Positions 8,972 to 19,289 are shown, counted from the stretch's first letter. The stretch: DNA of 64,000 nucleotides from Ktedonobacterales bacterium (GCA_046704085.1 JBJKSJ010000038.1:1116-65115); one strand, 5' to 3'. Numbers and translations are program-made. The notes: generated by a model not told the origin, from the letters alone.

Positions 8972-10069
8972 GTGACATCACCCGAAGATATGCTATTGAC
9001 CCGTCGCCAGATGCTGCGTGGGCTGGGAATGGCGGCGCTGACTGTCGGGGCAAGCTCGGTATTGCTCGCGTGTGGCAGTCAAGGGACGGCAACGATTATG
9101 CCCACACCGACCCCGACGAAACCACCGAAACCGCGCCCAGGCGCGCCGACAATGCTGGTCCGCACGGTCCTGTATAATACCGGGCCAGCCTATGGCATTG
9201 CTTATTCGCACGATAGCAAGTACCTGGCGACGGCTGGCCTGGATAAAAATGTGCGCGTCTGGGACGCGGTAAATGGAGGGCTTGCGCTCTTCACCCTGTC
9301 GGCTCTCGTTGATGCGGCGCTCTGTGTCACCTATTCCCCCGATGGCAATAGAGTTGCCGCCGGGGCAATCCAGCCCTTTATCGACATCTGGGACGCCACC
9401 CAGAAGAACGATCAGAGTACCGCCCTGATTACGCTGACCGGCCAGAAGGATCGCATCAACTCGGTCGATTGGTCTCCAGATGGCAATCACCTGGCCTCTG
9501 CTTCCGATGACCAGACAGTGATGATCTGGGACGCCAGCAAGCAGGGCAATCCACTGGTCACACTGCAAGACAACAACGAGCAGATTGCGGTGGCCTGGTC
9601 GCCAGATAACAAGCGCGTCGCCTCCGGCTGCGCCGATCATGCGGCCAAAATCTGGGACGCAGTGCAGGGCGGCAAACCGCTCTTCACCCTCAGCGAGCAT
9701 ACGGATCGGGTTCGCTCCGTTTCCTGGTCGCCTGACGGCTCAAAGCTGCTCACCGGCTCCGATGATCACTCCCTGAAGGTCTGGGATGCCAACAACGGCG
9801 GCAAGTCCTTGATGACACTCACCGGCCACACGGCCCGCGTCAGTGCTGTGGGCTGGTCGCCCGATGGCAAATACCTGGCGTCAGGCTCAGATGATGGCTC
9901 AGTGAAACTCTGGGATGCCACTGCTGGGGGCGCAGCCTTGATCACGCTGACGCCCAATGATGCCGCCAACGAATTCGTGCAAGACATCGCCTGGTCGCCA
10001 GATAGCCAGGCTATCGCCGCTAGCTATGGCGATGGACGGGTCTGGATATGGGAGTTCGTCCAGGTGTAA
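8972..10069 (+). CDS. Secreted WD40-repeat lipoprotein (Tat-type signal)
   Basis: Signal peptide TRRQMLRGLGMAALTVGASSVLLAC has a twin-arginine motif plus a lipobox. Seven WD repeats follow: VRVWDA, IDIWDA, VMIWDA, AKIWDA, LKVWDA, VKLWDA, VWIWE. Confidence 0.8.
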   Translation: MTSPEDMLLTRRQMLRGLGMAALTVGASSVLLACGSQGTATIMPTPTPTKPPKPRPGAPTMLVRTVLYNTGPAYGIAYSHDSKYLATAGLDKNVRVWDAVNGGLALFTLSALVDAALCVTYSPDGNRVAAGAIQPFIDIWDATQKNDQSTALITLTGQKDRINSVDWSPDGNHLASASDDQTVMIWDASKQGNPLVTLQDNNEQIAVAWSPDNKRVASGCADHAAKIWDAVQGGKPLFTLSEHTDRVRSVSWSPDGSKLLTGSDDHSLKVWDANNGGKSLMTLTGHTARVSAVGWSPDGKYLASGSDDGSVKLWDATAGGAALITLTPNDAANEFVQDIAWSPDSQAIAASYGDGRVWIWEFVQV

Positions 10070-10093
10070 TGGCGCTTTTCTCGGAGGCAGCGC

Positions 10094-11311
10094 ATGGCCG
10101 AATCGGCAGAGGTCGTCATTATTGGCGGCGGCATTATGGGCGCCAGCCTGGCCTTTCATCTCACCCGGCGCGGCGTGCGGGATATACTCATTATTGAAAA
10201 GCGCACGCTGGCATCGGGCGCGTCGGGCAAGACCGGCGCGCTCCTGCGCCAGCACTATACCAACATTCCCGAAGCCACGCTGGCCCACCTGAGCCTGCAA
10301 ACCTTTCGGCATTGGGATGACGTGGTTGGCGGCGACTGCGGCTTTCTGGGCTGCGGCTTAATCGCCACCGTTGCTACCGGCCCCGGCTACGAAGCCAACA
10401 TCGAACTGCTGCGCCGCAATATTGCCATGCAGCAGCAGGTGGGCATCAAGACCGAACTGGCGACGGCAGATCGCCTGCGCGAACTTCAGCCCTTTGGCAA
10501 TTTTGATGACCTGACCTTTGCTGCCTATGAGGGGGACAGCGGCGTCGTGGATGCCATCGCCGCCACTCAGGGCATGGCGCGCGCTGCGCAGCGCGGCGGC
10601 GCGCGCATCTGGGAGGGAGTAGAGGTCACGCGCATCCAGCAGCAGGGTGAGCGCGTGGTTGGGGTGGAGACCAGCGCCGAGCCGGTGGCTGCGCGGGTCG
10701 TCGTCTGCGCGGCGGGCGCGTGGTCTGTGCCGCTGCTGCGCGCAGTGGGCGTTCAGGCGCCAATTGAGGCAATTCGCGTGCAGGTCGCCGTCTTTAATCG
10801 CCCGCTCTCTATGCCCTCCGAGGGACATATGGCCTATGTGGATACGTCAGCGAATATCTTCTGCCGCCCCTACGGACCAAACCGCACGCTGGTAGGCATC
10901 GGCGGGGGCGAGTTTCACGAAACGGTGGACCCCGATCACTACAGCGATGGCAACGACCCGGCCTTTCCGCCGCTCGTCCAGCAGTATCTCAGCCGCCGCA
11001 TGCCGCCGATGCAGGCGGCAACCTATCTCTATGGGCACGCGGGACTCTACGACATGACGCCCGACGCCCACCCTATTCTCGATCACGCGCCCGGCCTGGA
11101 CGGCCTCTATCTGATGCTCGGCTTCAGCGGGGCGGGCTTCAAGAAAGGGCCAGCAGTGGGCCAGTGCATGGCTGAACTCATCACCGAAGGCCGCGCCACA
11201 ACGGTTGACCTCACACCGTTCCGCTTCAGCCGCTTCCTCGGCGAAAGCTGGAAGCAGCGCTGGAGCGATACTGAGTATCAGCTCAGCAGCGACTTCGGCC
11301 ACCGCTTCTAA
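10094..11311 (+). CDS. FAD-dependent oxidoreductase (DAO / sarcosine-oxidase-beta-like family)
   Basis: Dinucleotide-binding N-terminus VVIIGGGIMGASLAFHL. Length and internal motifs are typical of the DAO family. It starts 25 nt after the WD40 gene, so the two are probably co-transcribed. Confidence 0.8.
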   Translation: MAESAEVVIIGGGIMGASLAFHLTRRGVRDILIIEKRTLASGASGKTGALLRQHYTNIPEATLAHLSLQTFRHWDDVVGGDCGFLGCGLIATVATGPGYEANIELLRRNIAMQQQVGIKTELATADRLRELQPFGNFDDLTFAAYEGDSGVVDAIAATQGMARAAQRGGARIWEGVEVTRIQQQGERVVGVETSAEPVAARVVVCAAGAWSVPLLRAVGVQAPIEAIRVQVAVFNRPLSMPSEGHMAYVDTSANIFCRPYGPNRTLVGIGGGEFHETVDPDHYSDGNDPAFPPLVQQYLSRRMPPMQAATYLYGHAGLYDMTPDAHPILDHAPGLDGLYLMLGFSGAGFKKGPAVGQCMAELITEGRATTVDLTPFRFSRFLGESWKQRWSDTEYQLSSDFGHRF

Positions 11312-11315
11312 ATAT

Positions 11316-12692
11316 TCAGCCCCCCAGCGACTTCCAGACGGCCAGGACTTGCCAGAGCGCGTCGGACTCGGACTGCCAGCATGGCTCCGCATAATAACAG
11401 CCCACCCAGTTTTTGGTCTGCGCGTGGCTGAAGCTGCTCAGCGACAGAGCCAGCATATAGGAATTGATTCCAGGATCGCGCGAGAGGACCGAAGCCCACC
11501 AGTTAGAGGTCGTCTCCTTATGGTCCGAGGCGTGCCAGTGGACATCGGCCATAATCTGATCGATGGTCATCGCCGGGAATGTGCAAGAGAAGCCCCCGCA
11601 GGGTGGGGTCGTATTTTGCGAGCGATCATAGTCCAGCACCGCCTGACCTACCTTCTGCACCAACGCCGGATCATTGGGGTTGCCGTGCAGAGCGGTAAAG
11701 GCTTCTTTCAACACCCAGATGTTGCCAAACTGATTGCCGTAGCCTAGCTGCCAGAAGTCTGGTCGGTCGCAGTTCGTAATCGCCGAAAAATAGGTCTGCC
11801 CGGCTGGCGGCGGTTCATTGGCGCAATCGCTATAGTTGATGCGCGCCCCAATGTCCTCCGAGTGGGTCCACCAGAGCAGCATCTCCGGCTCGACACTCGC
11901 CCCGTAGCGCGCATCATAGCGCGCTGTGGCAGCCAGCGCATAGGAGAGCATCTGCACCAGACGCGCTTGCTCATCCTGGGGCAAAGCCTTGACATTCTTT
12001 GGCGGGTCAAAACCATACTTGGTGATGTAGTGGTTGAGGTCGGTCGTATTCAGGCCGGGCGGCAGCGTTGGGGCGGCTGTCGGCGCCTGGGCAAGCTGCG
12101 CGCTTCCGGGCTGCGATGTCGTAAACTGCGAGACCGGCGGCTCCAACCCGCCGCGCAGAACGCCGCTCAAGACGACCCCCAGCGACAGAGCCGTCAGCAC
12201 ACACGCGAGGACAGCGGCCTGCGCCCGCACTGGCACCCCATGCCTGGCCCGCCAGAGCAGCCCAGGGCGCCTCGGCGCCTGCTTTCCCAGCTCTGGCTTG
12301 CCAGGAATAAGCATCACTGGTTTTCTGGGTGGAAATGGCTGGGAAGCCTCGCGGCGAGCGGGCAATGCAGAAGGGCGGTTGCCCATCTGCGCGGGGCTGG
12401 CACGCCAGTCAGGAGGCTGTGGACGAGGGGGCGCGGGGAAGCGCGGAGATGGCGGCCCTGCTGGTTCAGCGCCCGCGTTGGCGGGCCGCTGCCGCGCGGG
12501 CGGAGGGGTGGGCGCGCGCGGCGGAAGCAGCCGCTGCTCAGACTCTGTCGAAACCCTTGGGAGGGATGGCAGCGTCAGACGCGGATGGGTCATAGGCGGC
12601 ATGCGCCGGAGCGGCGGAGCCTTATCCTCCGCAGGCGCGCCTTGCTCCGCGCCCGACTCTCGATCACTCGGCCACTCAGCCATGCGTTCCAC
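11316..12692 (-). CDS. Proline-rich single-pass membrane protein with a Cys/Trp-rich extracytoplasmic domain, function unknown
   Basis: About 150 aa of P/R-rich N-terminus, then a TM helix (AAVLACVLTALSLGVVLSGVL), then a 260-aa C-terminal domain with conserved-looking Cys and Trp residues. No family recognised. Confidence 0.5.
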   Translation of the reverse strand: MERMAEWPSDRESGAEQGAPAEDKAPPLRRMPPMTHPRLTLPSLPRVSTESEQRLLPPRAPTPPPARQRPANAGAEPAGPPSPRFPAPPRPQPPDWRASPAQMGNRPSALPARREASQPFPPRKPVMLIPGKPELGKQAPRRPGLLWRARHGVPVRAQAAVLACVLTALSLGVVLSGVLRGGLEPPVSQFTTSQPGSAQLAQAPTAAPTLPPGLNTTDLNHYITKYGFDPPKNVKALPQDEQARLVQMLSYALAATARYDARYGASVEPEMLLWWTHSEDIGARINYSDCANEPPPAGQTYFSAITNCDRPDFWQLGYGNQFGNIWVLKEAFTALHGNPNDPALVQKVGQAVLDYDRSQNTTPPCGGFSCTFPAMTIDQIMADVHWHASDHKETTSNWWASVLSRDPGINSYMLALSLSSFSHAQTKNWVGCYYAEPCWQSESDALWQVLAVWKSLGG

Positions 12693-12879
12693 GTTTCCTG
12701 TCTCTCTGGCCTGTACAAGCTCATGTGCTACAGCACGACTCGATCACGACTCAGCTTATCCCAGGACAAGTATAAGCGAGCAGAGCAAGAAGCACAAGAG
12801 CTAGCGCATCAAGCAGGAAAAACGGGCTATGGCATCGCGCTCATGGTCAAGTGGGAACCATGAGTGTTCGAAAGGCTTT

Positions 12880-13944
12880 TTATCCGGTTGGCATGGTCGA
12901 AGCAGTCATCAGACCTTCCAGCGCCATTGCCAGGATATACCCCAGATTGAGAATGGCCCGCAGTTCGCTTACATCGAAGGGCGCCGCGCGCGCCAGCAAG
13001 ACGACCCCTTGAAGCTGACCTTTGGAAAGCAAGGGCGCTCCAAGTAAGGCCAGATCATCCTCGCCCAGCAATGTTTCCGTCACCCGCCCGACAAAGAGCC
13101 GTCCTCCCGGCGCATACAAGAGCGGTCGGCGCTTTTGCGCCACCCAGGCGGCTACAGACTGCTGATCGCTCATCTGGATGCGCAACTCCGCCAATTGAGA
13201 ACTCTGTGTCCCCAGCCTGGCAAGCGCTTGCAACTCCTGCGTCGCCGCCCTATAGCTGAAGATGACAGCTTCATCACATGGCGTCATCTGCCGCATCGCT
13301 GCCACAACAGCCCGCGAAACTTGCGGCACCTCCAGTGTGCTGGTTATTGCCCGCGCCACACCAAGCATGGCGGCCAATTGCTGTGTCTGCTGGGATACCA
13401 GCCCCGTCTGGCGCGCTTTGGAGATCGCCAGAACCACCTGCTCGGCCAAAGCCTGGAGGATTCTGAGCGACTGCTGATCGAACGCGCCAGGGGCCGGGCT
13501 AGCAACGGTGATCGTCCCCAGCAGTTTCTGAGCAGAAAGCAGAGGCACGCAGAGAATTGAGCCGAAGGGCAAAGGGCCACGCCCACGAAAGCGCGGATCG
13601 CCGGCAGTATTCGTAATCAATACTGGCGCGCGATTCGTGACCACCCAACCAGCGACATCCTCCTGCAAAAGAAAGCGTGTGCGCGGCAATCCTAAAGCAG
13701 ACTGCGGCGGAGATGCAATCGGGATGAGTGTTTTATTGTCGGCATCCAACCCGGCAATCCAGCAGTGCTTTGTTCCTAGCAATGTGGCAATGTTTGCCAG
13801 AACGCGCCTGAGAGTCTCGGATAATTCTCTGGTCGCTGCGGCGCCACTTCCGCTCTGCTGATGGGGTTTGGCATCCCGCTGCCTATGTCCGCTCGCTGCT
13901 TCAGCCCGATGCTGCTCTTCCTGTATCTGCGCTGAGGCACTCAT
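12880..13944 (-). CDS. Tandem GAF-domain protein
   Basis: ORF 12880..14076 trimmed to ATG 13944 (AAGGAAG Shine-Dalgarno). Two GAF-like halves are present: LIPIASPP...GWVVTNRAPVLITN...SILCVPL and MTPCDEAVIF...AWVAQKRRPLL...LLGAPL. No output domain. Confidence 0.6.
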   Translation of the reverse strand: MSASAQIQEEQHRAEAASGHRQRDAKPHQQSGSGAAATRELSETLRRVLANIATLLGTKHCWIAGLDADNKTLIPIASPPQSALGLPRTRFLLQEDVAGWVVTNRAPVLITNTAGDPRFRGRGPLPFGSILCVPLLSAQKLLGTITVASPAPGAFDQQSLRILQALAEQVVLAISKARQTGLVSQQTQQLAAMLGVARAITSTLEVPQVSRAVVAAMRQMTPCDEAVIFSYRAATQELQALARLGTQSSQLAELRIQMSDQQSVAAWVAQKRRPLLYAPGGRLFVGRVTETLLGEDDLALLGAPLLSKGQLQGVVLLARAAPFDVSELRAILNLGYILAMALEGLMTASTMPTG

Positions 13945-14071
13945 CTGTTCTTCCTTTCTCGCCTGTCGCGAACTGACCTGCTCAGGAGACCTGTACTCAA
14001 GAGCGTGGCAGACATAGAGAGGTCGCTCTCTTGCTGGAAGCAAAAAGCATGCCAGATCGCTGATCCAGCAA

Positions 14072-14111
14072 AGCAAGGCAGGCTCAGGAATCGACTTGAG
14101 CCTGCCTTGCT
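14072..14111 (-). terminator. Terminator-like hairpin after the glucokinase gene
   Basis: Perfect 15-bp stem: AGCAAGGCAGGCTCA (14072-14086) pairs with TGAGCCTGCCTTGCT (14097-14111). It lies 38 nt past the stop at 14150 and is followed by TTGCT on both strands. Confidence 0.55.
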
Positions 14112-14149
14112 TTGCTTCCTATGCGGTTGGCGCCTGTCGTCGTCTGGTC

Positions 14150-15133
14150 CTACCCAACCCCAACATTCGTCATCGTGGCCGCGCCAACCATGCCTGCATT
14201 GTCTCCCAGGGCGGCGCGCGCGAACTCAACGGCGCGCGCTGGCGGGGGCAGCGCGATCTCTTTGGCGCGTTTGGTAGCATGCTCAAAGATCAGGTCCATT
14301 GCCTCGATGACGCCGCCGCCCAGGATGATCTTCTGTGGGTTATAAAAATTGATGATGCTGGCAAGCCCATAGGCCAGATACTCCGCCGACTCCTGCGCCA
14401 CCTGCATCACCAATTCATCTTTCGCATTGTTGATGGCATCCGCAATCACGCCAGAGCGCAGCACTCCCGCGTCTGCCTCCAACTCTGCTTTAACCACCGA
14501 AGGCCGCCCGCGCTTGATCTCTGCCGCAATCGCATAGGTCATCGCCGTGCGCGACGCATATGCCTCCAGGCAGCCGCGCGAGCCGCAGGGGCAGACGCGC
14601 CCGCCAGCCACCACCGTCATATGCCCCAACTCGCCGCCAGTGCCCGATGCTCCCCGATAGAGTTTGCCATCCTGGACAATCCCGCCGCCAATGCCAGTGC
14701 CCACAAACACGCAGACAAAAAGCGGGCAACCTTTGCCTGCCCCATGAAAGAGTTCACCACACGCCGCAGCCTCGACATCATTCGCCAGTGTCACCGACAG
14801 GTTAAACTCTTTCTGTAACCCTTCCCCAAGAGGAAAGTTCTCAAAGGGCAGATTAGGGCTGGCAAGCACCACGCCATGCTTGCGGTCAAGCTGGCCCGCA
14901 GCGCCAATGCCAATGCCAGCAATGGAGCCATTGGAGGCAATCTTTGCCGCGTACAGCGCCTCATGAGTCAGTTCATTCAGCCGATCGGCAATGGCCTTCG
15001 CGCCGCGCTCAGCATGGGTCTTTTTGCGCGCCGAACCGAGTACCTTGCCGCTTTCCAGGTCCACAACTCCGGCCAGCATCTTTGTGCCGCCCAGGTCAAT
15101 ACCAATGCCATAGCGATTGTTTTCGTTTGCCAT
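14150..15133 (-). CDS. glcK: ROK-family glucokinase
   Basis: N-terminal ATP-binding motif GIGIDLGGTK, plus the ROK zinc motif CPCGSRGCLEAYAS. No N-terminal HTH, so this is a kinase rather than a repressor. Confidence 0.8.
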   Translation of the reverse strand: MANENNRYGIGIDLGGTKMLAGVVDLESGKVLGSARKKTHAERGAKAIADRLNELTHEALYAAKIASNGSIAGIGIGAAGQLDRKHGVVLASPNLPFENFPLGEGLQKEFNLSVTLANDVEAAACGELFHGAGKGCPLFVCVFVGTGIGGGIVQDGKLYRGASGTGGELGHMTVVAGGRVCPCGSRGCLEAYASRTAMTYAIAAEIKRGRPSVVKAELEADAGVLRSGVIADAINNAKDELVMQVAQESAEYLAYGLASIINFYNPQKIILGGGVIEAMDLIFEHATKRAKEIALPPPARAVEFARAALGDNAGMVGAATMTNVGVG

Positions 15134-15231
15134 TACGCCCTCCTTAGAAACCAGGCAGGAAGAGATGCCGCCGATTATCTTTTGCCAACATCATAACAGG
15201 CTGCACAAGCTACAAGCTAGAGACCAGAGGC

Positions 15232-15260
15232 TTGCATTCTTAGACAGAGGAGTGTATGAT
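15232..15260 (+). promoter_or_regulatory. Candidate promoter of the membrane-protein / hydrolase genes
   Basis: TTGCAT (15232-15237), 17-nt spacer, TATGAT (15255-15260). The implied leader to ATG 15446 is about 185 nt. Confidence 0.45.
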
Positions 15261-15445
15261 GCTGGCGCGCAGAACCCGACGGTTGCAAGCCAGGCCAGAT
15301 GCTGCTTTTGCTTAGTCCTGCCCTTCCAGAAAGCGTTACAGGAAGCCTTGTTCGCTTATAAACCAGGCGTGCAACCAGGTGCGCTTTCTGCCATCCACTA
15401 AAGAACCGCCAGATGAATCATCGGTGTTCTTGAGAAGGAGGCTAC

Positions 15446-16750
15446 ATGAAAAAAGTGTATGCGTTGTGGCTCCTGGCCTTTGGCCTGAAACTCTTCGGCT
15501 CTGGCTGGGATACCTCGTGGCACTTCAAATATTTCTTCGATACCTTCTCACCACCACACAACATCAACACTATCGGTTTCGTGCTGGCCTGGGGACTGGT
15601 CTTCTATCACTGGGGCGGCACAGAGTACGCCCAACGCTGGGCCGCGCGCCTGCCCCCTTCGCTCCAGGGTTTCACGCGCAAGTGGATACTGGTCGAGCGC
15701 CTGGGGCCAAACCGGCACATGGATATGGGGTCGCTCTGGGTGACAACCATCGGCCTGCTCGTCTTCCTGATCGCCGCGCCACTCGACCAGATCTGGCATC
15801 GCGTCTTTGGCCTTGACCTGACCACCTGGAGTCCGACACACCTGGGACTCTTTGCCGGCACCGAGATTGCCATCCTGGGCGTTCTCCTGGGCCTGTATCG
15901 GCAAGGGCGCACCGCTCAACGCGGCTCCTTTGGTAGCATCGCGTCCGTCCTTTTTGGCGGCTTCTTGCTGGAAGCGTTTCTTTTTGCCTGCGGCCAGCAA
16001 GAATATGGCTACATCACGCTGTACGCGCTCAATCACCCTGAATACGTCACGCTTCAGCACCATACAACCTTTCCCATCCCGGCGATGCTCGCCCAGGCCG
16101 CGACGCAGGGCGGCGCGCAGGCGCTGGCAACCGGGCAGGTGCCAACCTGGCTTTATCCTCTCTATCAATTGCTGATGACATGCGCCGTCTTACAATTTGT
16201 GCGCCTGCTGCATCGGCGTGTCTGGACGGCCACCGCCGTTGCCGCGCTCTATCTGGCCTATCGCCTGCTGGCGCGCTACATTCTGCACAACTTCGATTTT
16301 CCCGTTTCCTTTGTACCCTATTACCTCATCGGCATCGCGCTGAGCCTGGACCTCTTTGGCTGGTGTGCGCGGCGCTTCTCGCGGCAGCCTGCGGATGTTA
16401 CCAGCGCCGGGCCGACTCGCAGACGCACAGACCGCCAGAAAGCGATCCAATGGGGGACGATCCTGTGGGGCACGCTGGCGGCGGCTGGCGCCACTGCTGC
16501 CGTTTATGGGGGCGCCGCCATCATCCAACGATTTGAAGTCATGCCGCCCATCCCGCTGGGCAGCCCGCAATTTGGCTTCCTCAATGGTGGCATTCTGCTC
16601 GGCTTCCTAATGGCCTGCCTGGGGCTGTGGATTGCGCATCGCGTCGTCGCCATTTTTGCCGCCCAGGCCGAGCTTCAGCAGGCGCGCAAAGCGGCCAATG
16701 CCAGTGCCAAAGCGCTCCCTTCTGCTCCCCTGGCATCCAAGCATGTGTGA
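15446..16750 (+). CDS. Polytopic membrane protein (about 10 TM), function unknown
   Basis: Strong GAAGGAGG Shine-Dalgarno before ATG 15446. Multiple hydrophobic helices. Recurrent W-H motifs: GWDTSWH and DQIWHRVFG. Confidence 0.6.
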   Translation: MKKVYALWLLAFGLKLFGSGWDTSWHFKYFFDTFSPPHNINTIGFVLAWGLVFYHWGGTEYAQRWAARLPPSLQGFTRKWILVERLGPNRHMDMGSLWVTTIGLLVFLIAAPLDQIWHRVFGLDLTTWSPTHLGLFAGTEIAILGVLLGLYRQGRTAQRGSFGSIASVLFGGFLLEAFLFACGQQEYGYITLYALNHPEYVTLQHHTTFPIPAMLAQAATQGGAQALATGQVPTWLYPLYQLLMTCAVLQFVRLLHRRVWTATAVAALYLAYRLLARYILHNFDFPVSFVPYYLIGIALSLDLFGWCARRFSRQPADVTSAGPTRRRTDRQKAIQWGTILWGTLAAAGATAAVYGGAAIIQRFEVMPPIPLGSPQFGFLNGGILLGFLMACLGLWIAHRVVAIFAAQAELQQARKAANASAKALPSAPLASKHV

Positions 16751-16779
16751 ATCTCAACAGACGAGAGGAAGCAGCAGAT

Positions 16780-17601
16780 ATGGCAACCATCACCATCGAT
16801 AATCTCACCTTCGCCTATCAGCTAGAAAACCCGGACGCTCCAACAACGCCGCTCGTCTTCCTGCATGGCGCCACCCTGACCCACGAGACCTGGGCCGCGC
16901 AGGTAGCGCACTTTGCGCCACACTACCCCGTGCTGGCCTATGACGCGCGCAATCACGGCGGTTCCTCGCTCACGCCCGGCGAGCATGACCTGGAGACGCA
17001 CGCCGAGGATGTGCTGGCGTTGTTGGAGGCATTTGGCTTTGTGGGAAACCGGCAGCCAGTTCTTATCGGCCTGAGTATGGGCGGAATGATTGCCATGCGC
17101 GCGGCCCTGCGCAGCGCCGACGCCGCGCGCGCGCTCGTCCTGGTCAACACCACCAGCCAGGGGTGGTATCCCCCCGAAGAGCGCGAGCAGGTACGCGCCA
17201 CACTGGACCAATTGACGCCAGATACCCTGAAGGAGTGGGGCGGCAAATGGGAAGAGACCTTTTTCACCTCCGCATTCCGGTCTGCTCACCCGGAGCAGAT
17301 CGCCGACTGGCGCCGCCGTTTTGAGGCGCAATCTGTCGAACAGTACCGCGAGGCCATGCTAGGCCTGCTGGAGCGCCGCGACATCAGCGAACATCTAGGC
17401 ATCATTGATTGCCCCACGCTCGTGTTGGGCGCTGAGCAGGATGTCACCATCCCCTCGCAGCTTGCCGAAAAGCTGGCAAAAGCCATTCGCGGCGCGCAGC
17501 AACACATTCTGCCCGATTGCGCGCACCTGAGCAACGAAGAGCAACCTGCTGCCTTCAACGCTGTGCTGGAACTATTCTTGCAGCAACAGCGAGCAAAATA
17601 A
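16780..17601 (+). CDS. Alpha/beta-fold hydrolase
   Basis: ORF 16627..17601 trimmed to ATG 16780 (GAGAGGAAG Shine-Dalgarno). Contains LVFLHGATL, the nucleophile elbow GLSMGGMIA, and a C-terminal DCAH histidine motif. Confidence 0.8.
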   Translation: MATITIDNLTFAYQLENPDAPTTPLVFLHGATLTHETWAAQVAHFAPHYPVLAYDARNHGGSSLTPGEHDLETHAEDVLALLEAFGFVGNRQPVLIGLSMGGMIAMRAALRSADAARALVLVNTTSQGWYPPEEREQVRATLDQLTPDTLKEWGGKWEETFFTSAFRSAHPEQIADWRRRFEAQSVEQYREAMLGLLERRDISEHLGIIDCPTLVLGAEQDVTIPSQLAEKLAKAIRGAQQHILPDCAHLSNEEQPAAFNAVLELFLQQQRAK

Positions 17602-17663
17602 CATTGTCATAACCGATTTTTAACGGATTTCCCGGTACTCGCCCAAATTCCCGGTAAAACCTC

Positions 17664-17692
17664 TTGACAAGCAACTACTTCCTGATTACACT
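17664..17692 (+). promoter_or_regulatory. Candidate promoter of the xylF operon
   Basis: TTGACA (17664-17669), 17-nt spacer, TACACT (17687-17692), in a lower-GC intergenic region. The implied leader to ATG 18120 is about 420 nt. Confidence 0.5.
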
Positions 17693-18119
17693 TTCATCAG
17701 ATGATTGTAAAGAAACTTACCTTACTTACTGGCGGTCCAGCTATTACTATCTAAAGCCAGTTTTCCCGCTTCACACTAACTGCTGGCCTCTGTACTGAAT
17801 AGATCATCTGGCCTGTAGGCTTGCTAATCCGTACCTGCCCCAAATAGCATTGCTGCCTGCCACGCTTGAGACGTTGCTATGCCAGTCTGTACTGGCAGGG
17901 GTCTCTCACGAGGCAGTAAGTCTCTTGTAGTTCTGCGCTCTTCGGGGGATCCTGTTCCTCTGAGCCAGCATCAAAGAAAGGGAGGGGTGAGGCGCTAGAA
18001 CATCTATTTTCACCCAGGACAGGCCAGGTAATGAGCCTGTCACCATGCCACCGAGGCATGCGTCGGGCTTGATGGTAAGCCCACCATCCACTGAAGGAAA
18101 ACAAAAGGAAGGGGAAAAT

Positions 18120-19289
18120 ATGCACGCGGCTCTTTTCCATCGGTCAACCCAACGGAATTTCCTCGTAACCCTTCTCAGCGCCGTGGCTCTTCTCGTCATT
18201 CTCGCTGGCTGCGGCAGCAGCGGCTCAGGCAACGGCACTACCAGCAGCCCATCAAACGGCAAAGGCTGCACAAAGGTTGGTGTACTCCTGCCGGAATCCA
18301 ATACCTCGCCTCGGTGGGAGGGCTATGACCACCCGCTGCTCATCCAGCAACTTGAAGCGAACGGCTTCTCCGCCAACAACATTGATTACTCCAATGCCAA
18401 TGGCGATGCCAGCACGCAGCAGACCCAGGCAGAATCTGATCTGACCAAAGGCGACTGCATTCTGATCGTGGCGCCACACGATAGCGGCGCAGCCGCCGCC
18501 ATCGTCACCAACGCCAAAAAGCAGAATGTGCCCGTCATCGCTTACGACCGCTTCATTTTCAGCGACAGCCTGAACTACTACGTCTCCTTCGACGGCGTGG
18601 CAGTTGGCAAGCTTCAGGGCCAGTACATCGTTAACCATTATATGGACCCCCAGTACGGTGTCAGCGCCGGTCACAACAACATCGCGTTCATCAACGGCTC
18701 ACCGACCGACAACAATGCTACGCTCTTTGCGCAGGGCGCGCACCAAGTCCTCGATCCCCTCATCAACGCTGGCACGCTGAAGAAAGTCTACGAGCAGTTC
18801 ACTCCGAACTGGGATCCGCCAACCGGCGAGACTGAGATGGAAGCAGCGCTGACGGCGAACCAGAACAACATCCAGCTTGTCCTCTCGGCCAACGATGACC
18901 TTGGTGGCGCAGCCATCCAGGCACTGAAGGCACAGAATCTGGCTGGCAAGGTTCTCGTCACCGGCCAGGATGCTACCGTATCGGGCCTCCAGCGGATTCT
19001 TGAGGGCACGCAGGCCATGACGGTCTACAAGCCCATCATCAAAGAGGCCACAGCAGCCGCGCAACTGGCGGCAGCACTGCGCGATGGCAAGGATGTCAGC
19101 ACCCTGACAACCGGCGCGACGATCAAGAACCCCCAGGGCAACGCCAGCATCCCCTCCGTGCTTGAGCAGCCTGAAGCGGTCGATAAGACGAACATGGCTT
19201 CGACTGTCATCGCCGACGGCTATGTCACGAAGGCCCAGGTTTGCGCTAACCTGCCGGCTGGCACAGACACTGGCGGCATTTGCTCCTGA
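18120..19289 (+). CDS. xylF: Xylose-type sugar ABC transporter, periplasmic-binding lipoprotein
   Basis: ORF 18045..19289 trimmed to ATG 18120 (AAGGAAGGGG Shine-Dalgarno). Lipobox LVILAGCGSS. Long collinear similarity to E. coli XylF: VIAYDR, YYVSFD, GSPTDNNATLF, LSANDDLGGAAIQAL, GQDA, TVYKPI. Confidence 0.8.
   Translation: MHAALFHRSTQRNFLVTLLSAVALLVILAGCGSSGSGNGTTSSPSNGKGCTKVGVLLPESNTSPRWEGYDHPLLIQQLEANGFSANNIDYSNANGDASTQQTQAESDLTKGDCILIVAPHDSGAAAAIVTNAKKQNVPVIAYDRFIFSDSLNYYVSFDGVAVGKLQGQYIVNHYMDPQYGVSAGHNNIAFINGSPTDNNATLFAQGAHQVLDPLINAGTLKKVYEQFTPNWDPPTGETEMEAALTANQNNIQLVLSANDDLGGAAIQALKAQNLAGKVLVTGQDATVSGLQRILEGTQAMTVYKPIIKEATAAAQLAAALRDGKDVSTLTTGATIKNPQGNASIPSVLEQPEAVDKTNMASTVIADGYVTKAQVCANLPAGTDTGGICS

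Noticed and set aside
17646-17656. TTCCCGGTAA near the xylF promoter and its reverse complement TTACCGGGAA at about 6499-6508 could form a shared regulatory word.
   Set aside because: It is a single 10-mer coincidence between two unrelated loci. It is insufficient without a genome-wide count.
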